Source: an uncultured Chlamydiales bacterium (GTDB lineage Bacteria; Chlamydiota; Chlamydiia; Chlamydiales; JAAKFR01). Taken from it: a DNA stretch of 64,000 nucleotides. Each line of letters begins with the position of its first letter. Position 1 is the stretch's first letter. The notes below the pieces were generated by a model. It ran no database searches. It had not been told where the DNA came from and saw only the letters and a list, made by a program, of their open reading frames with translations. A program made the position numbers and the translations under genes. Below are positions 48,365-58,065 of the stretch, in pieces. Location: positions 1,323,757 to 1,387,756 of the forward strand of contig OY969414.1 in NCBI GenBank assembly GCA_963699155.1. The letters run 5' to 3'.

Positions 48365-48710
48365 AAAAAAGCCATAACTCCTTGAGAAGCAGGATAAAGT
48401 CACAAAACAGACTAGTCTTATCTGAGAAAACGGGTGATATCAGCCAGCAATGTGGCGCTGCCATTTGCTGTCGCCTGGATGTGTAAAAAACCGTTGTGGC
48501 CAAATTGAGGAGCAGCCATCTCGCTGGTTTTATCAAGCGTGTAATCTGATTGAGTTTGATAGGCATTTTCAAAATGGTCGATCAATCTAATGGTTTGATC
48601 GCCTGCTCCAATGATCCACCCCATCGCCGCGCACTTCCCGTAGCGATAGTATCTTGAACAAATGAGCTTTAGCATATTTTGTCAAATAGCGTGTCGCTGT
48701 TGCTGCCCCC

Positions 48711-48858
48711 AGAGGCTGTGAAAAAATCGATCAATTAGGCCCGTCGCTGAGACCCTCGGTTGGCACCTCGGTCTCAGGCGCGGGTGGGGGCGCCGAAGGT
48801 CGCTCGCGGCCCTCAATGGGCCGCTGCCACTCTCAACGGCGCCAATTGCTGAGCCTCT
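48711..48858 (+). mobile_element. ~148-bp GC-rich structured MITE-like element, copy 1
   Basis: Ends agaggct...agcctct; near-identical inverted copy at 49118-49266. Confidence 0.75.
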
Positions 48859-49117
48859 GATATCTTCACAGGTAAAAGCTTTCCTGGAGCTATTATGGAG
48901 CCCCAACAACCCTATTCAGGAATCTTCTCTTCATGTGCAAAGCCTCATCTGAGAAGCCCCAGAAGGACTCAGATAGAAATAAGATGATCAGCATTAGATG
49001 ATCTTCTGCCGAGTGACCACAAAGCACGTTTTGTTTGGGGTTTTGTAGGACAACTCATATCTTGGCACTGTTTTAGGTAACATAAAGTCAGCAGAAGGCA
49101 AAGCAGGTCATCTAAGG

Positions 49118-49266
49118 AGTGGCTCGGCAATTGGCGCCGTTGGGAGTGGCAGCGGCCCATTGAGGGCCGCGAGCGACCTTCGGCGCCTTTCCCCCGCGCC
49201 TGTGACCGAGGTGCCAACCGAGTGTCGCAGCGGCGGGCCTAATTGATCGATTTTTTTCACAGTCTC
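49118..49266 (-). mobile_element. ~148-bp GC-rich structured MITE-like element, copy 2 (inverted)
   Basis: Reverse complement aligns end to end with 48711-48858 with scattered substitutions. Confidence 0.75.
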
Positions 49267-49372
49267 CCAGCGCACTAATACCAGCTGATATAGCCATAAA
49301 TTCTCACCTTGGTTTGCGATTGAATATTAATGCAAAAATTTTAATTATCTCATCTTTAAAGACAAGATCATT

Positions 49373-50727
49373 TTAAAAAAAGTTGCCGTGGAGGCCTGGA
49401 GGGATGGTTTGGGGGACTGCGGCGCGGGCGATGGGGGAAAAGGTTTGCGCATCGAGAATCAGGAGGGAGGAGGGGTGGCCGTGGAGCACTGCCAAAAGGA
49501 GGCCTTCGTTTTCTGAGGTGGAGTTGGGGGAGGAGACGAAGATGGGCTCTCCTGGGTGGCTTCCAGGCTCAGACCAGCATTTTTTTTCGCGGGTTTGAGT
49601 ATCTAATTGATAGAGCGTGCTGCCTTCGAGATCGGTCAGATAGAGGTAGCGATAGGGGCGGCCATCGAAGGCGCTGTTGATGCGAGGAAATTCGACAGAG
49701 GCTTGAAGGAGCGTTTGAGAGGAGATGGTCTCGTTTTCAAGTGTGAACCGTTCAACCTGCGTCTGTGGCTCCTTTTGGGGGGTGGCTTGGCGGCCATAGG
49801 TGGCAAGGTCAAAGACAATGGAAGGGTCGTCATAACGGACGAGATCGATCACTATCTGCCATTTTCTTCGTAGCCATTGGCATGGTGGAAGGCAAAGAAG
49901 GGCTTTGTGGTAGGTGCAGAAACAACTTTTCCTGATTTACGGTCGATCACCAGAAAGCGGGTACCGCGCTCCGGCTTCCACTGGAAATTATGGATAAAGG
50001 CTCTCCCCTTGACGAGAAGATCGAGGGGTTTGACCACAAGGGGAAATTCCACCAGAATGACAAAATTTTCTGTGAGGGCGAAGCTGTGCATGTATGCCGG
50101 CTCTTCAACAGGAATTTTTGCGAAGAGGTGCTGTTCCGCTTTTTGTCCAACTGTATAAATGTTGTAGCTGCTTTTGTGGCCATAATCGATCAGGTAGTTG
50201 ATGGCCATGTTCCCCTCAACATGGGGGTGGGCCGATTCCCAACAGTTGCCATGGGGAAGCTGATCTTGAAAATCGACCACTCCCAATGTCTCTAGAGTTT
50301 TCGGGTCAAAGCGGACTGACAGGGGGATTTCAGTAAGCGCCACATAGTGTTCCGCCAACTTCGCGACGTTGACATTGGCATTTGGCAGAGAATGTTTTCT
50401 TGGAAAAAAGTGGGTGAAGAAACGTTTGAAGAGCGAACGGCACGGGTCAGAAGCGAAGCCATTGTAATCCATCTTCCCCCGCTCAAAAACTTCCCTATAG
50501 GCATCTGTCCGCAAAAAACGATTGCTATAGCTCACCCTACCGCGATCAAACGAAAAGGCATGAAGCATCGCCAGCCCATCGAACCAATGCGTAGGTCTTT
50601 GGCCATTCAACTCAAAGTCAACTGGCCCATTTCGAATCAAAGTCCCATGCAGCCACTCAGGCACCCTCCCCTCAACTTTGAGAGGCACTCCATTCAGCTC
50701 TTTGGTGACATCAGGAACAAGTTTCAT
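49373..50727 (-). pseudogene. Carotenoid cleavage oxygenase (RPE65 family) split by a 1-nt frameshift near 49855
   Basis: GTLIRNGP and HWFDG.AM motifs; His ligands SAHPH, YMHSF and FHHAN in ORF1; EFPRIN, GEPIFV and GLHG in ORF2. Confidence 0.88.
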
Positions 50728-51425
50728 CAGCTCAGACGATACTTGACAGTGACATTTTTGTCCTTCGCGTTGATGGAGAGGTCAAAGGCTTCGACAGAGC
50801 CAATTTCGATAAGATGGTTGACGTGAGTGCCTCCACAGGCCATGACAAACCTGTCCCATTGAATGCCTCTCAAGCCGGAGGAAAGTTCAGTGATTTGAAT
50901 AGCACAATCGTGCGCAATCCATCTGTTTAGTTCAGGCTGAATGGTTTTGAGGAATTCTTCTTTGCAGGCTTCGAGGTCGCCGACGAACTTGAAGCGGACA
51001 TAGCCATTTTCGGGATCATGGTTTCCTTGGAATGGCTCTAACCCTGAGAAAGCCATATGAACCACTTCTGCAAGCAGATGTCCTGCGGTGTGCATCCGCG
51101 AATAAAGGGATCGAACTTGGGGATTAACTTCGAGATTCACTCGATCGCCTACTCTGAAAGGAAGCAATTGTTTTTCTTCAAAGCAGTGGAGAATTGAAAA
51201 CTGGTCGAGCCGATTTTTGTCCAGAATCTCTTTATGTATATAGCTGACATCGATTCCATTAATTTTGCCCTGATCAGATAATTGTCCACCACCTTTTGGA
51301 TGAAATATGGTTTCATCGACTTGAATCCATTGGTAGTTTTTCTTGTTGATTTCGCTCGCCCCGATTTTTGTGACGACCGCTTTGTGATTTAACGGTGGTT
51401 GAGGTTCCATATAAAGCGCTTTCAT
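50727..51425 (-). CDS. AlaX-family tRNA trans-editing protein
   Basis: TIFHPKGGGQLSD.G, HTAGH and CGGTHV motifs. Confidence 0.9.
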   Translation of the reverse strand: MKALYMEPQPPLNHKAVVTKIGASEINKKNYQWIQVDETIFHPKGGGQLSDQGKINGIDVSYIHKEILDKNRLDQFSILHCFEEKQLLPFRVGDRVNLEVNPQVRSLYSRMHTAGHLLAEVVHMAFSGLEPFQGNHDPENGYVRFKFVGDLEACKEEFLKTIQPELNRWIAHDCAIQITELSSGLRGIQWDRFVMACGGTHVNHLIEIGSVEAFDLSINAKDKNVTVKYRLS

Positions 51426-51433
51426 GACTTCTC

Positions 51434-52063
51434 CTAGCTGAAGATAAGTTTTAAACTGAGAATCATGAGGAGAGCCCCCATGATCCGGTCAATAGAGGTG
51501 CGGAATTTGCCGATCCGGTCCATCAATAGTTTCCCTGTCAATAAATAGGCGAGGAAGAGAAACCAAATCAAAGAAAGTGACCAGTTGATGATGGCATAGC
51601 CGAACTTTATGGCTGTTGTGGTGTCAGGGGTAATAAACTGTGAGAAGAGGCTGACAAAAAAGAGAGCACACTTTGGATTCAACAGATTGGTGAGAAAACC
51701 CTGTTTAAATGCTGTGGAGGTGGTGAGGAGGGTGGAATTACCTGCATAACAGAGTTCGAGGTTTGCCTGCTTTTTAAAAGAAGAGATGAACCCCTTGGCA
51801 CCGATATAAAAAAGATAACCAGCTCCTGCATATTTGAGTAGGTGATAAACAAAGGATCCCTCCTGAATGAGTAAAGCAATTCCGAGAAAGGTATAGGTCA
51901 AATGAATCACAAGGGCAGTCGCGATGCCGATAGCAGTCAAAAACCCAGCCTTTCTAGAATGGGATAGGCTATTCTTGACGACGATAAAAAAATCTGGTCC
52001 TGGACTGATAGCAGCCAAGAGTGAGACAAGCGCCACGGCTGTAAAATTCGACACCATATCCAT
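51434..52063 (-). CDS. LysE/RhtB family exporter
   Basis: SPGPD, GA.YL.YIG and GFLTNLLNPK motifs. Confidence 0.93.
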   Translation of the reverse strand: MDMVSNFTAVALVSLLAAISPGPDFFIVVKNSLSHSRKAGFLTAIGIATALVIHLTYTFLGIALLIQEGSFVYHLLKYAGAGYLFYIGAKGFISSFKKQANLELCYAGNSTLLTTSTAFKQGFLTNLLNPKCALFFVSLFSQFITPDTTTAIKFGYAIINWSLSLIWFLFLAYLLTGKLLMDRIGKFRTSIDRIMGALLMILSLKLIFS

Positions 52064-52708
52064 CTATTTGCTCCCTTTCTCTAAGTAATTGTAGATCGAT
52101 TGTCTGGTCAATTGGAGGGCTTTTGCGATTGAAGAGATGGCCCCCTTTTTTTTGAAAAAGCCATTTCGGTAAAGATGCTTCACTAAAGCTTGCTTATCTT
52201 TGTAGGTCAGCTGGGCTGCATAGAGTCCTTGTTGAACGATCCAGCCATCGATCTCGCGTTTGATCTCATCATCATGTGGCAGGGTGGCCCCAAAATCATT
52301 GATGCCGATGACTGAATCGATATTGGAGTGGACGAAGAATTGCAGAAACTTTTGAAAATGTTCAAATTGTGAGATATCGAAATGCAGACAGCAAGCGCCA
52401 ATAATTTTACCCTCTTCATCTCGAACAGCTACAGAGCTCGATTTGAGGTTTTGTCCACGGAAATTACAGCTGGTGTAGTTAACTAGCTCATCGGGAAGCG
52501 ACTCTTCATCCAATAGGCGACGCATGTTGATCTCACTTGCAGATCCTCCTACAGAACGTCCTGAAATCTGTCCGTTGACAATATGGATGATGGCTCGATC
52601 CAGATCGGCAAAGTCGTGAATCACGATTTCCAGGACACCCGGAAACATCTCGCCTAAGACGTTGGCAATCTGGATATATCTCTCAAAAATAGCTCTATTG
52701 TCTCTCAT
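52064..52708 (-). CDS. YheO-like PAS-HTH transcriptional regulator
   Basis: EIVIHD, NG.ISGR.VG, LKSSS...D...IG..C and G.F..KGAI..IA..L..TR.SIYNYL motifs. Confidence 0.92.
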   Translation of the reverse strand: MRDNRAIFERYIQIANVLGEMFPGVLEIVIHDFADLDRAIIHIVNGQISGRSVGGSASEINMRRLLDEESLPDELVNYTSCNFRGQNLKSSSVAVRDEEGKIIGACCLHFDISQFEHFQKFLQFFVHSNIDSVIGINDFGATLPHDDEIKREIDGWIVQQGLYAAQLTYKDKQALVKHLYRNGFFKKKGAISSIAKALQLTRQSIYNYLEKGSK

Positions 52709-52718
52709 AGAATTAACA

Positions 52719-52760
52719 TTTTGTCAAAACTTTGACATTTTGTCAACGTTTTTGACAAAA
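52719..52760. promoter_or_regulatory. Tandem TGTCAA-N-TTGACA palindromes in the divergent promoter
   Basis: tgtcaaaactttgaca at 52722 and tgtcaacgtttttgaca at 52741. Confidence 0.6.
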
Positions 52761-52786
52761 AGAAGAACTCGCTTATAAAGCGAAAT

Positions 52787-53929
52787 GTGAGAAAAGCTTT
52801 TCGTTTTATTCTCCTTCTGGGAATTGTCAGCCTCTTTGCCGATATCACTTATGAGGGGGCGAGGAGTATCACTGGGCCCTACTTGGCGCTGCTGGGGGCT
52901 ACTGGTGCGGCAGTGGGCACTGTGGTCGGTTTTGGCGAATTTGTCGGCTATGGCTTGAGAGTAGTTTCGGGCTATATCAGCGACAGAACCCGATGGTACT
53001 GGACCCTGACCTTCGTCGGCTTTTTCATCAATCTCGCTGCTGTTCCGCTGCTGGCTTTGGTGGGCAGCTGGCAAGGGGCTGCGGCGCTCATTATTTTAGA
53101 GCGTTTGGGCAAGGCGATCCGTGTACCATCAAGAGACACCCTTCTCTCCTATGCCACTCGGCAAGCGGGGAGGGGCTGGGGATTTGGGATCCATGAGGCG
53201 CTTGATCAGGTGGGGGCAATTGTAGGCCCTCTTCTCATGGCGGCTATGCTCTTCTTCCAGCAAAGCTACCGAGTTGCTTTTGCCACACTCGGAATCCCTG
53301 CAGTCATTGCCTTTGTTTTTCTCATCCTCACGAAAGTGAACTTCCCCAGACCGCAGGAGATGGAGCCCACCCCTAGGGTGCATGTCAAAGGCTTTTCTCC
53401 TCAGTACTGGATCTATCTCATCGCGATCAGTTTTGTGGCTGCTGGCTATGTCGACTTTGCCTTGATCGCCTTTCATTTTAAAAAGAGTGCGACCGTCGAA
53501 TCGACCTGGATCCCCTTCTTCTATGCCATTGCCATGGCAGTTGCCGGCCTCTCCGCCTTGATAATGGGTCGGCTTTTCGATCGGAAGGGAATATCGGTTC
53601 TCGCCATCGTGACAGCCATCTCAGCTTTTTTCTCTCCCTTCCTCTTCTGGGGTCATTTCTATGGAGCCCTTTTTGGAATGGTTCTCTGGGGAATCGGAAT
53701 GGGATCGCAGGAATCGATCCTCAGAGCCTATGTCGCAGAACTCACCCCACCCGAAAAGCGCGGCTCTGCCTATGGCATCATGAACTTTTTCTTCGGCCTC
53801 TTCTGGGCTCTCGGCAGCGCCCTGATGGGCTTTTTCTACGACATCTCTCTTCCCGCGCTCGTCACTTTCTCAGTCGCTGCCCAGCTGATCGCCATCCCCC
53901 TGTTCTTATCATTTAAAAAGAATCTGTAA
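52787..53929 (+). CDS. MFS transporter
   Basis: About 12 TM helices; GYISDR and GRLFDRKG motif A copies. Confidence 0.9.
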   Translation: MRKAFRFILLLGIVSLFADITYEGARSITGPYLALLGATGAAVGTVVGFGEFVGYGLRVVSGYISDRTRWYWTLTFVGFFINLAAVPLLALVGSWQGAAALIILERLGKAIRVPSRDTLLSYATRQAGRGWGFGIHEALDQVGAIVGPLLMAAMLFFQQSYRVAFATLGIPAVIAFVFLILTKVNFPRPQEMEPTPRVHVKGFSPQYWIYLIAISFVAAGYVDFALIAFHFKKSATVESTWIPFFYAIAMAVAGLSALIMGRLFDRKGISVLAIVTAISAFFSPFLFWGHFYGALFGMVLWGIGMGSQESILRAYVAELTPPEKRGSAYGIMNFFFGLFWALGSALMGFFYDISLPALVTFSVAAQLIAIPLFLSFKKNL

Positions 53930-55232
53930 TGACCTGAGCCAAGTAAAACAGAGCAGCTAAACGGGCACGAAAGCGTGTTATCTCTTTAGCTGTGGCGAGG
54001 GAGGCTTCGGGGTTGATATGTGCTTCGGTTTGTACGATGGCGTAGAGCATCCACGCCTCAGCTGGGGTAAAGAGGGCTTTTGCCCGAGCAAGGTTTTCAG
54101 ATGCGCTGGGTAAACCCCTTTTAGCGATAGTTAATGAGGCTACAAATTGCATGATTGGATCCTCAAAGTGGCTTTGTAATTCTGCACTGCTCATCCTTTC
54201 CGCCACTGCTGCCATAGCATCGCATTGAAACCACGGCTCACGGATATGAATGAGAAGAGAGCGTGCTTTTGGCAAGTCGACAGGCACAAGTAGTCGGATA
54301 AGATCAATCATCAACCCTTCGCGTAGACTGTCTGCCCACATAGACAACAAAATGGTTTCGCACAATGTCAAAGTATCTCTCAACCCATTGTATTGCAACT
54401 CTGCTTCTTTTCGGGCAATCGCAAAGAGGCCCAGGACTCGTTGTGCAGGAAGCTCTTCTGGCAACCATTCTTTTATTTTTTGCAATCCTGCTTCACTGGA
54501 ATCGATCTGAAGGCTGAGATCCACTGTTCTTGCAATGTCTCTTCTATCTTTACTTTCTAAAGCTAATTGAAAAAATTGGACCACCTCTTGAGGAGAGAGC
54601 AGATCTCTGGCGATTTCGAGCAAGCCCAGTAGTTGAAGAGGATGTTTCTCAGAGAGAGCTTTTGCCTTTTCTTGCTGTAAAATATCCTCTATCTTTTGGG
54701 GATCCCCCTCCAATATTTTCCAATTTAGTAGGGCAAGACCTTCTAACTTAAAGCAAGCTCCACTTTCTCGATCCACTTCAAACAAGATAGGAAAAAATTG
54801 TTGGTCAAAAGTCAGTTGTTCACCACGTGACAAGTTGCAGGGTAACCTCTTCAAAAATTTAAATGCCCGCTTTGCCTCCTTCTGATCGATCTCAAAAGAC
54901 AACTTAAGAAAGGGCACAACAAATGGAGCCACGTTTTCAACCATCTCAAGTGATACTTTCATCTCCCTTAAAATGTCGATGAGCAGCTTGAATTTGGGAT
55001 ATTTCTGAGGGAGGGCAACTACTAGTCGATTCCATGAAGTCGATACTAACAGACAGCGGAAAAGTTTGGTGAGGGGCAATAATTCAAAAACATGACTCCA
55101 TAGCTCATTGGGAAACTCTTGGGGGGCGAACTTGCTGGTAGCCATAGCGGTTGTCGGATCGGCAGCTGGTGCCGCTCCTTCCCCACTTGCAGCTTCCTGT
55201 GTCGGGAGTGATCTAATCTTTTCAATCGCCAT
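53913..55232 (-). CDS. F-box helical-repeat protein (candidate effector)
   Basis: FPNELWSHVFELLP...RCLLVSTSWNRL. Confidence 0.8.
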   Translation of the reverse strand: MAIEKIRSLPTQEAASGEGAAPAADPTTAMATSKFAPQEFPNELWSHVFELLPLTKLFRCLLVSTSWNRLVVALPQKYPKFKLLIDILREMKVSLEMVENVAPFVVPFLKLSFEIDQKEAKRAFKFLKRLPCNLSRGEQLTFDQQFFPILFEVDRESGACFKLEGLALLNWKILEGDPQKIEDILQQEKAKALSEKHPLQLLGLLEIARDLLSPQEVVQFFQLALESKDRRDIARTVDLSLQIDSSEAGLQKIKEWLPEELPAQRVLGLFAIARKEAELQYNGLRDTLTLCETILLSMWADSLREGLMIDLIRLLVPVDLPKARSLLIHIREPWFQCDAMAAVAERMSSAELQSHFEDPIMQFVASLTIAKRGLPSASENLARAKALFTPAEAWMLYAIVQTEAHINPEASLATAKEITRFRARLAALFYLAQVITDSF

Positions 55233-56670
55233 GGGTAGTCAATTCAGCAATCGCCTTAGCTACCGGGAACATGGCGTCCATTCTTTCATTAGGTCTAGAT
55301 ACCCATTTGGCAGCCTCATAGGAGAGCTCGATATCGATTGGCAGAGCGACTTCTGAGAGTTGATGAAAGAGCCTCTCTATGCGTTCGCTGCTAAAGGGCC
55401 GATTAATCAATTTGGCGCGCTCAAATGCTTCTCGAACTCTTTTTTGAGCAGATTGTCGATCAGAATGAGCTTCTTTTCTAGATAAAATAATCAAACGCAC
55501 AACATGAGTCAAACGCGCCGCATAAGTCAATGGATCGCTTGGAGATTCAACCTCATTCATCGATGCAGTTTCGACAGCGTCCTTCGCTAAAACAAGAGAG
55601 TCTGCACAGTGTGGTTCTATAAGCCCCAACAGAGATTTTGCCTTTTCCAGATCGATCTCTGCCAGAATGCGGACCAATTGCGCTACGTCGCATGCATCGC
55701 GTTGATTTTTCTCCATTGCACGCAGAACTTCTTCAACTTTGCCTAAAGTAGCACCAAACCATATGCTTTTGGCCTCTTTCTCCTTCCGAGCAACTCGGAG
55801 CAACTCTTTGACTTGGAGTCTTGGCTCAGGCTCAAGTTCCAGGAGGGCTTTGACTTTTCTAAAACCCTCTTCGCTGGAATTGATCAGCAGGCATACTTCG
55901 ATCACTCTGAGAAGGTAAGGAAATCTGTCGAATTCATCTTTCACTCTTCTCATGGCATCTACAGCTTTTTGAAGGAGCTGCTCCCTCTCTTCAGGGGTTA
56001 GGCGCTCTCTGGCAGTTTCCAGTAAACCGAGAAGTCGATGGGGATCGGGAGATTCTGTAGTGAGAGCATATTCTTTTTCTTTTAGCACAGCCGCAGCTCT
56101 CCGTCGTGGATGGCCAACTAAGAGTGTCCAGCAGAACCGATCAAAATCATCTAAGCGTAGCTTTTGCTCTAATTCAGGATCGATTTCATAGACAACCGAA
56201 AGAAACGGATAACCCCCTAACTCACGAATCGTGTAATTCTGATTAGCTAGCAGGATAACCTTCTTAGCTTGATCCCGATCGATAGTGCCAGCCAGTTTGA
56301 GGAAGGGTACAGGCCATGGAGTTTCGCCATAATGATCTGAAGAATAGGTTTCAAATACCCAACTCCAGTATGTGGAAAGGTAGTTTCGCATCTTTAGTAG
56401 AATTGCCCGCAGTGTTTGGAAGTGCTCTTTCTTTCCGGGAAGAGAAAGTATGAGTGTGCGCCATTGAGTTGATACTGTGATGCAGCGGATGAGCTGACCC
56501 TCCGGCACGAATGAAAAAATCCGCTTTTCAATAGGCCCATTATGCTCAGAAAAATTGAGTTGAGGCAGAGCCACCGGAGTCACCGCAGCGGCATTCTTAG
56601 CAGCTGGTATGTCCGGTTGGGAGGTTCTTGGACCTACCATAGTATTATAGAGCGAACCTAAAAAAGCCAT
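55222..56670 (-). CDS. F-box helical-repeat protein (candidate effector)
   Basis: PIEKRIFSFVP...RCITVSTQWRTL; paralogous to its neighbours. Confidence 0.75.
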   Translation of the reverse strand: MAFLGSLYNTMVGPRTSQPDIPAAKNAAAVTPVALPQLNFSEHNGPIEKRIFSFVPEGQLIRCITVSTQWRTLILSLPGKKEHFQTLRAILLKMRNYLSTYWSWVFETYSSDHYGETPWPVPFLKLAGTIDRDQAKKVILLANQNYTIRELGGYPFLSVVYEIDPELEQKLRLDDFDRFCWTLLVGHPRRRAAAVLKEKEYALTTESPDPHRLLGLLETARERLTPEEREQLLQKAVDAMRRVKDEFDRFPYLLRVIEVCLLINSSEEGFRKVKALLELEPEPRLQVKELLRVARKEKEAKSIWFGATLGKVEEVLRAMEKNQRDACDVAQLVRILAEIDLEKAKSLLGLIEPHCADSLVLAKDAVETASMNEVESPSDPLTYAARLTHVVRLIILSRKEAHSDRQSAQKRVREAFERAKLINRPFSSERIERLFHQLSEVALPIDIELSYEAAKWVSRPNERMDAMFPVAKAIAELTTHGD

Positions 56671-56732
56671 AGCACTCTCACATTGTTAATTTTAATAAAG
56701 GAAGTCTACTAACTTTTCTTTAAAAGTCAATG

Positions 56733-57827
56733 TCAAGCGAGAACCTGCGCGAGATAGAGAAGGGCATGTAGACGTAAGTCTGTGTCACCGATTCTTGCTG
56801 TTCTGGTATGGGAAGCTTCGCTATTGAGATGGGCTTCAACTAAAGCGATTACATGGTGAAGATTATCATGAACATGCGGTGGGGCTTGATCGACAAGCGC
56901 AATGGCTTTCGAGAGTGTCTCTTGAGCCGTAGGCAAGCCGAGTTTTGCTTCTCTTTGGGCGCTTGCGCAAAGTCCCAAAAAAAGAGAGGGTAAGGGCAAG
57001 TTTTCTTGCTGTAGCTCTGCTTTTAACTCCTCATGCTGCTCTTCGGCAAATCTAAGAGTATCCCTTACACTTTCTCGCTTCAATTTGGCTTCTTTCCGTG
57101 CAAGAAAAAGTAATCCTCCAACAATATAGTTCTCATAATTTCTATTTGATAAGATCATGCGTCTTGTATTTCTCACGCCTTCACAGGAATCGATGAGAAG
57201 ACTTACCAGGAGCGCTTTTAAAAAATATGTCTTTCGATCTTTAAATCTCGGCAATGAGATAGCCATCTGGAATAGTCTCTCAACTTCGTCAGGTGGCATA
57301 TAAGGGTGTCCAATTTCTATAAAGCTCAGGAGTTGGAAAGGGTCAATCGGCTTTTCAGCGAGGAGCTTTTCCTTTTCTTTCAGGAGAATCATCGCTATTT
57401 TTGCAGGGTCTCCTTCCAAGATGGTCCACTGGAGCAATGGCAAACCCTTGTCGTACTGAGTTCTCCCTTTTTCACGATCCCTCTCAAATGTCAAAGAAAT
57501 TAACCGGCATTGCAATGTAAATTCTTCGATGGGCTTGATATTGGCCCGTTTTATTAGAAACTCAAAGCCACTTTTAGCCTGAACATGATCAACTTGGACT
57601 GCCAATTCGTAGAATGGGAGGATCCATGGGGTAGTAGTCCAGTTTCGGTTTAATAACCCATTTGTCTCCTTCAGAATCTTGAACAGCAGTGCGCTCTTTT
57701 TTCTATTTGGAAGAGTGATCATCAAATGGCACCAATGAGTCGAGACCAGCATGCAGCGGAAATGTTCAGTGATGGGTAAAAATAGAAAGATATGGCTCCA
57801 TATTTCAGGAGGAGATGTGGGCGCCAT
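56733..57827 (-). CDS. F-box helical-repeat protein; 5' end apparently frameshifted (probable original ATG at 57922)
   Basis: PPEIWSHIFLFLP...RCMLVSTHW; upstream in-frame ADPVADPITLLATNK resembles the paralogue's APAADPTTAMATSK. Confidence 0.75.
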   Translation of the reverse strand: MAPTSPPEIWSHIFLFLPITEHFRCMLVSTHWCHLMITLPNRKKSALLFKILKETNGLLNRNWTTTPWILPFYELAVQVDHVQAKSGFEFLIKRANIKPIEEFTLQCRLISLTFERDREKGRTQYDKGLPLLQWTILEGDPAKIAMILLKEKEKLLAEKPIDPFQLLSFIEIGHPYMPPDEVERLFQMAISLPRFKDRKTYFLKALLVSLLIDSCEGVRNTRRMILSNRNYENYIVGGLLFLARKEAKLKRESVRDTLRFAEEQHEELKAELQQENLPLPSLFLGLCASAQREAKLGLPTAQETLSKAIALVDQAPPHVHDNLHHVIALVEAHLNSEASHTRTARIGDTDLRLHALLYLAQVLA

Positions 57828-58065
57828 CTTGTTGGTAGCAAGCAGGGTGATTGGGTCAGCTACTGGATCAGCTCTTTCTCTCGTTGAAGCTGATAGTAAA
57901 TGGAGGATGAAACAGGTGCCATAGAGGGAGCAATTTTATTCCAAAAGAGCTTTTTTATAATTGGAATTTTCCTCTTCTCTTTTTGATTGTCTTTTCAGGC
58001 TATTTTGGAGTAGACTACAAAATAGACGCGTCTATTTTTTACTAGGATCCCAAGTAGCCGAGAGA

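Noticed and set aside
48682..49297. Short ORFs 48682-48909, 48969-49217 and 49112-49297 as real genes
   Set aside because: They are mostly translations of the GC-rich repeat element and have no recognisable domain.
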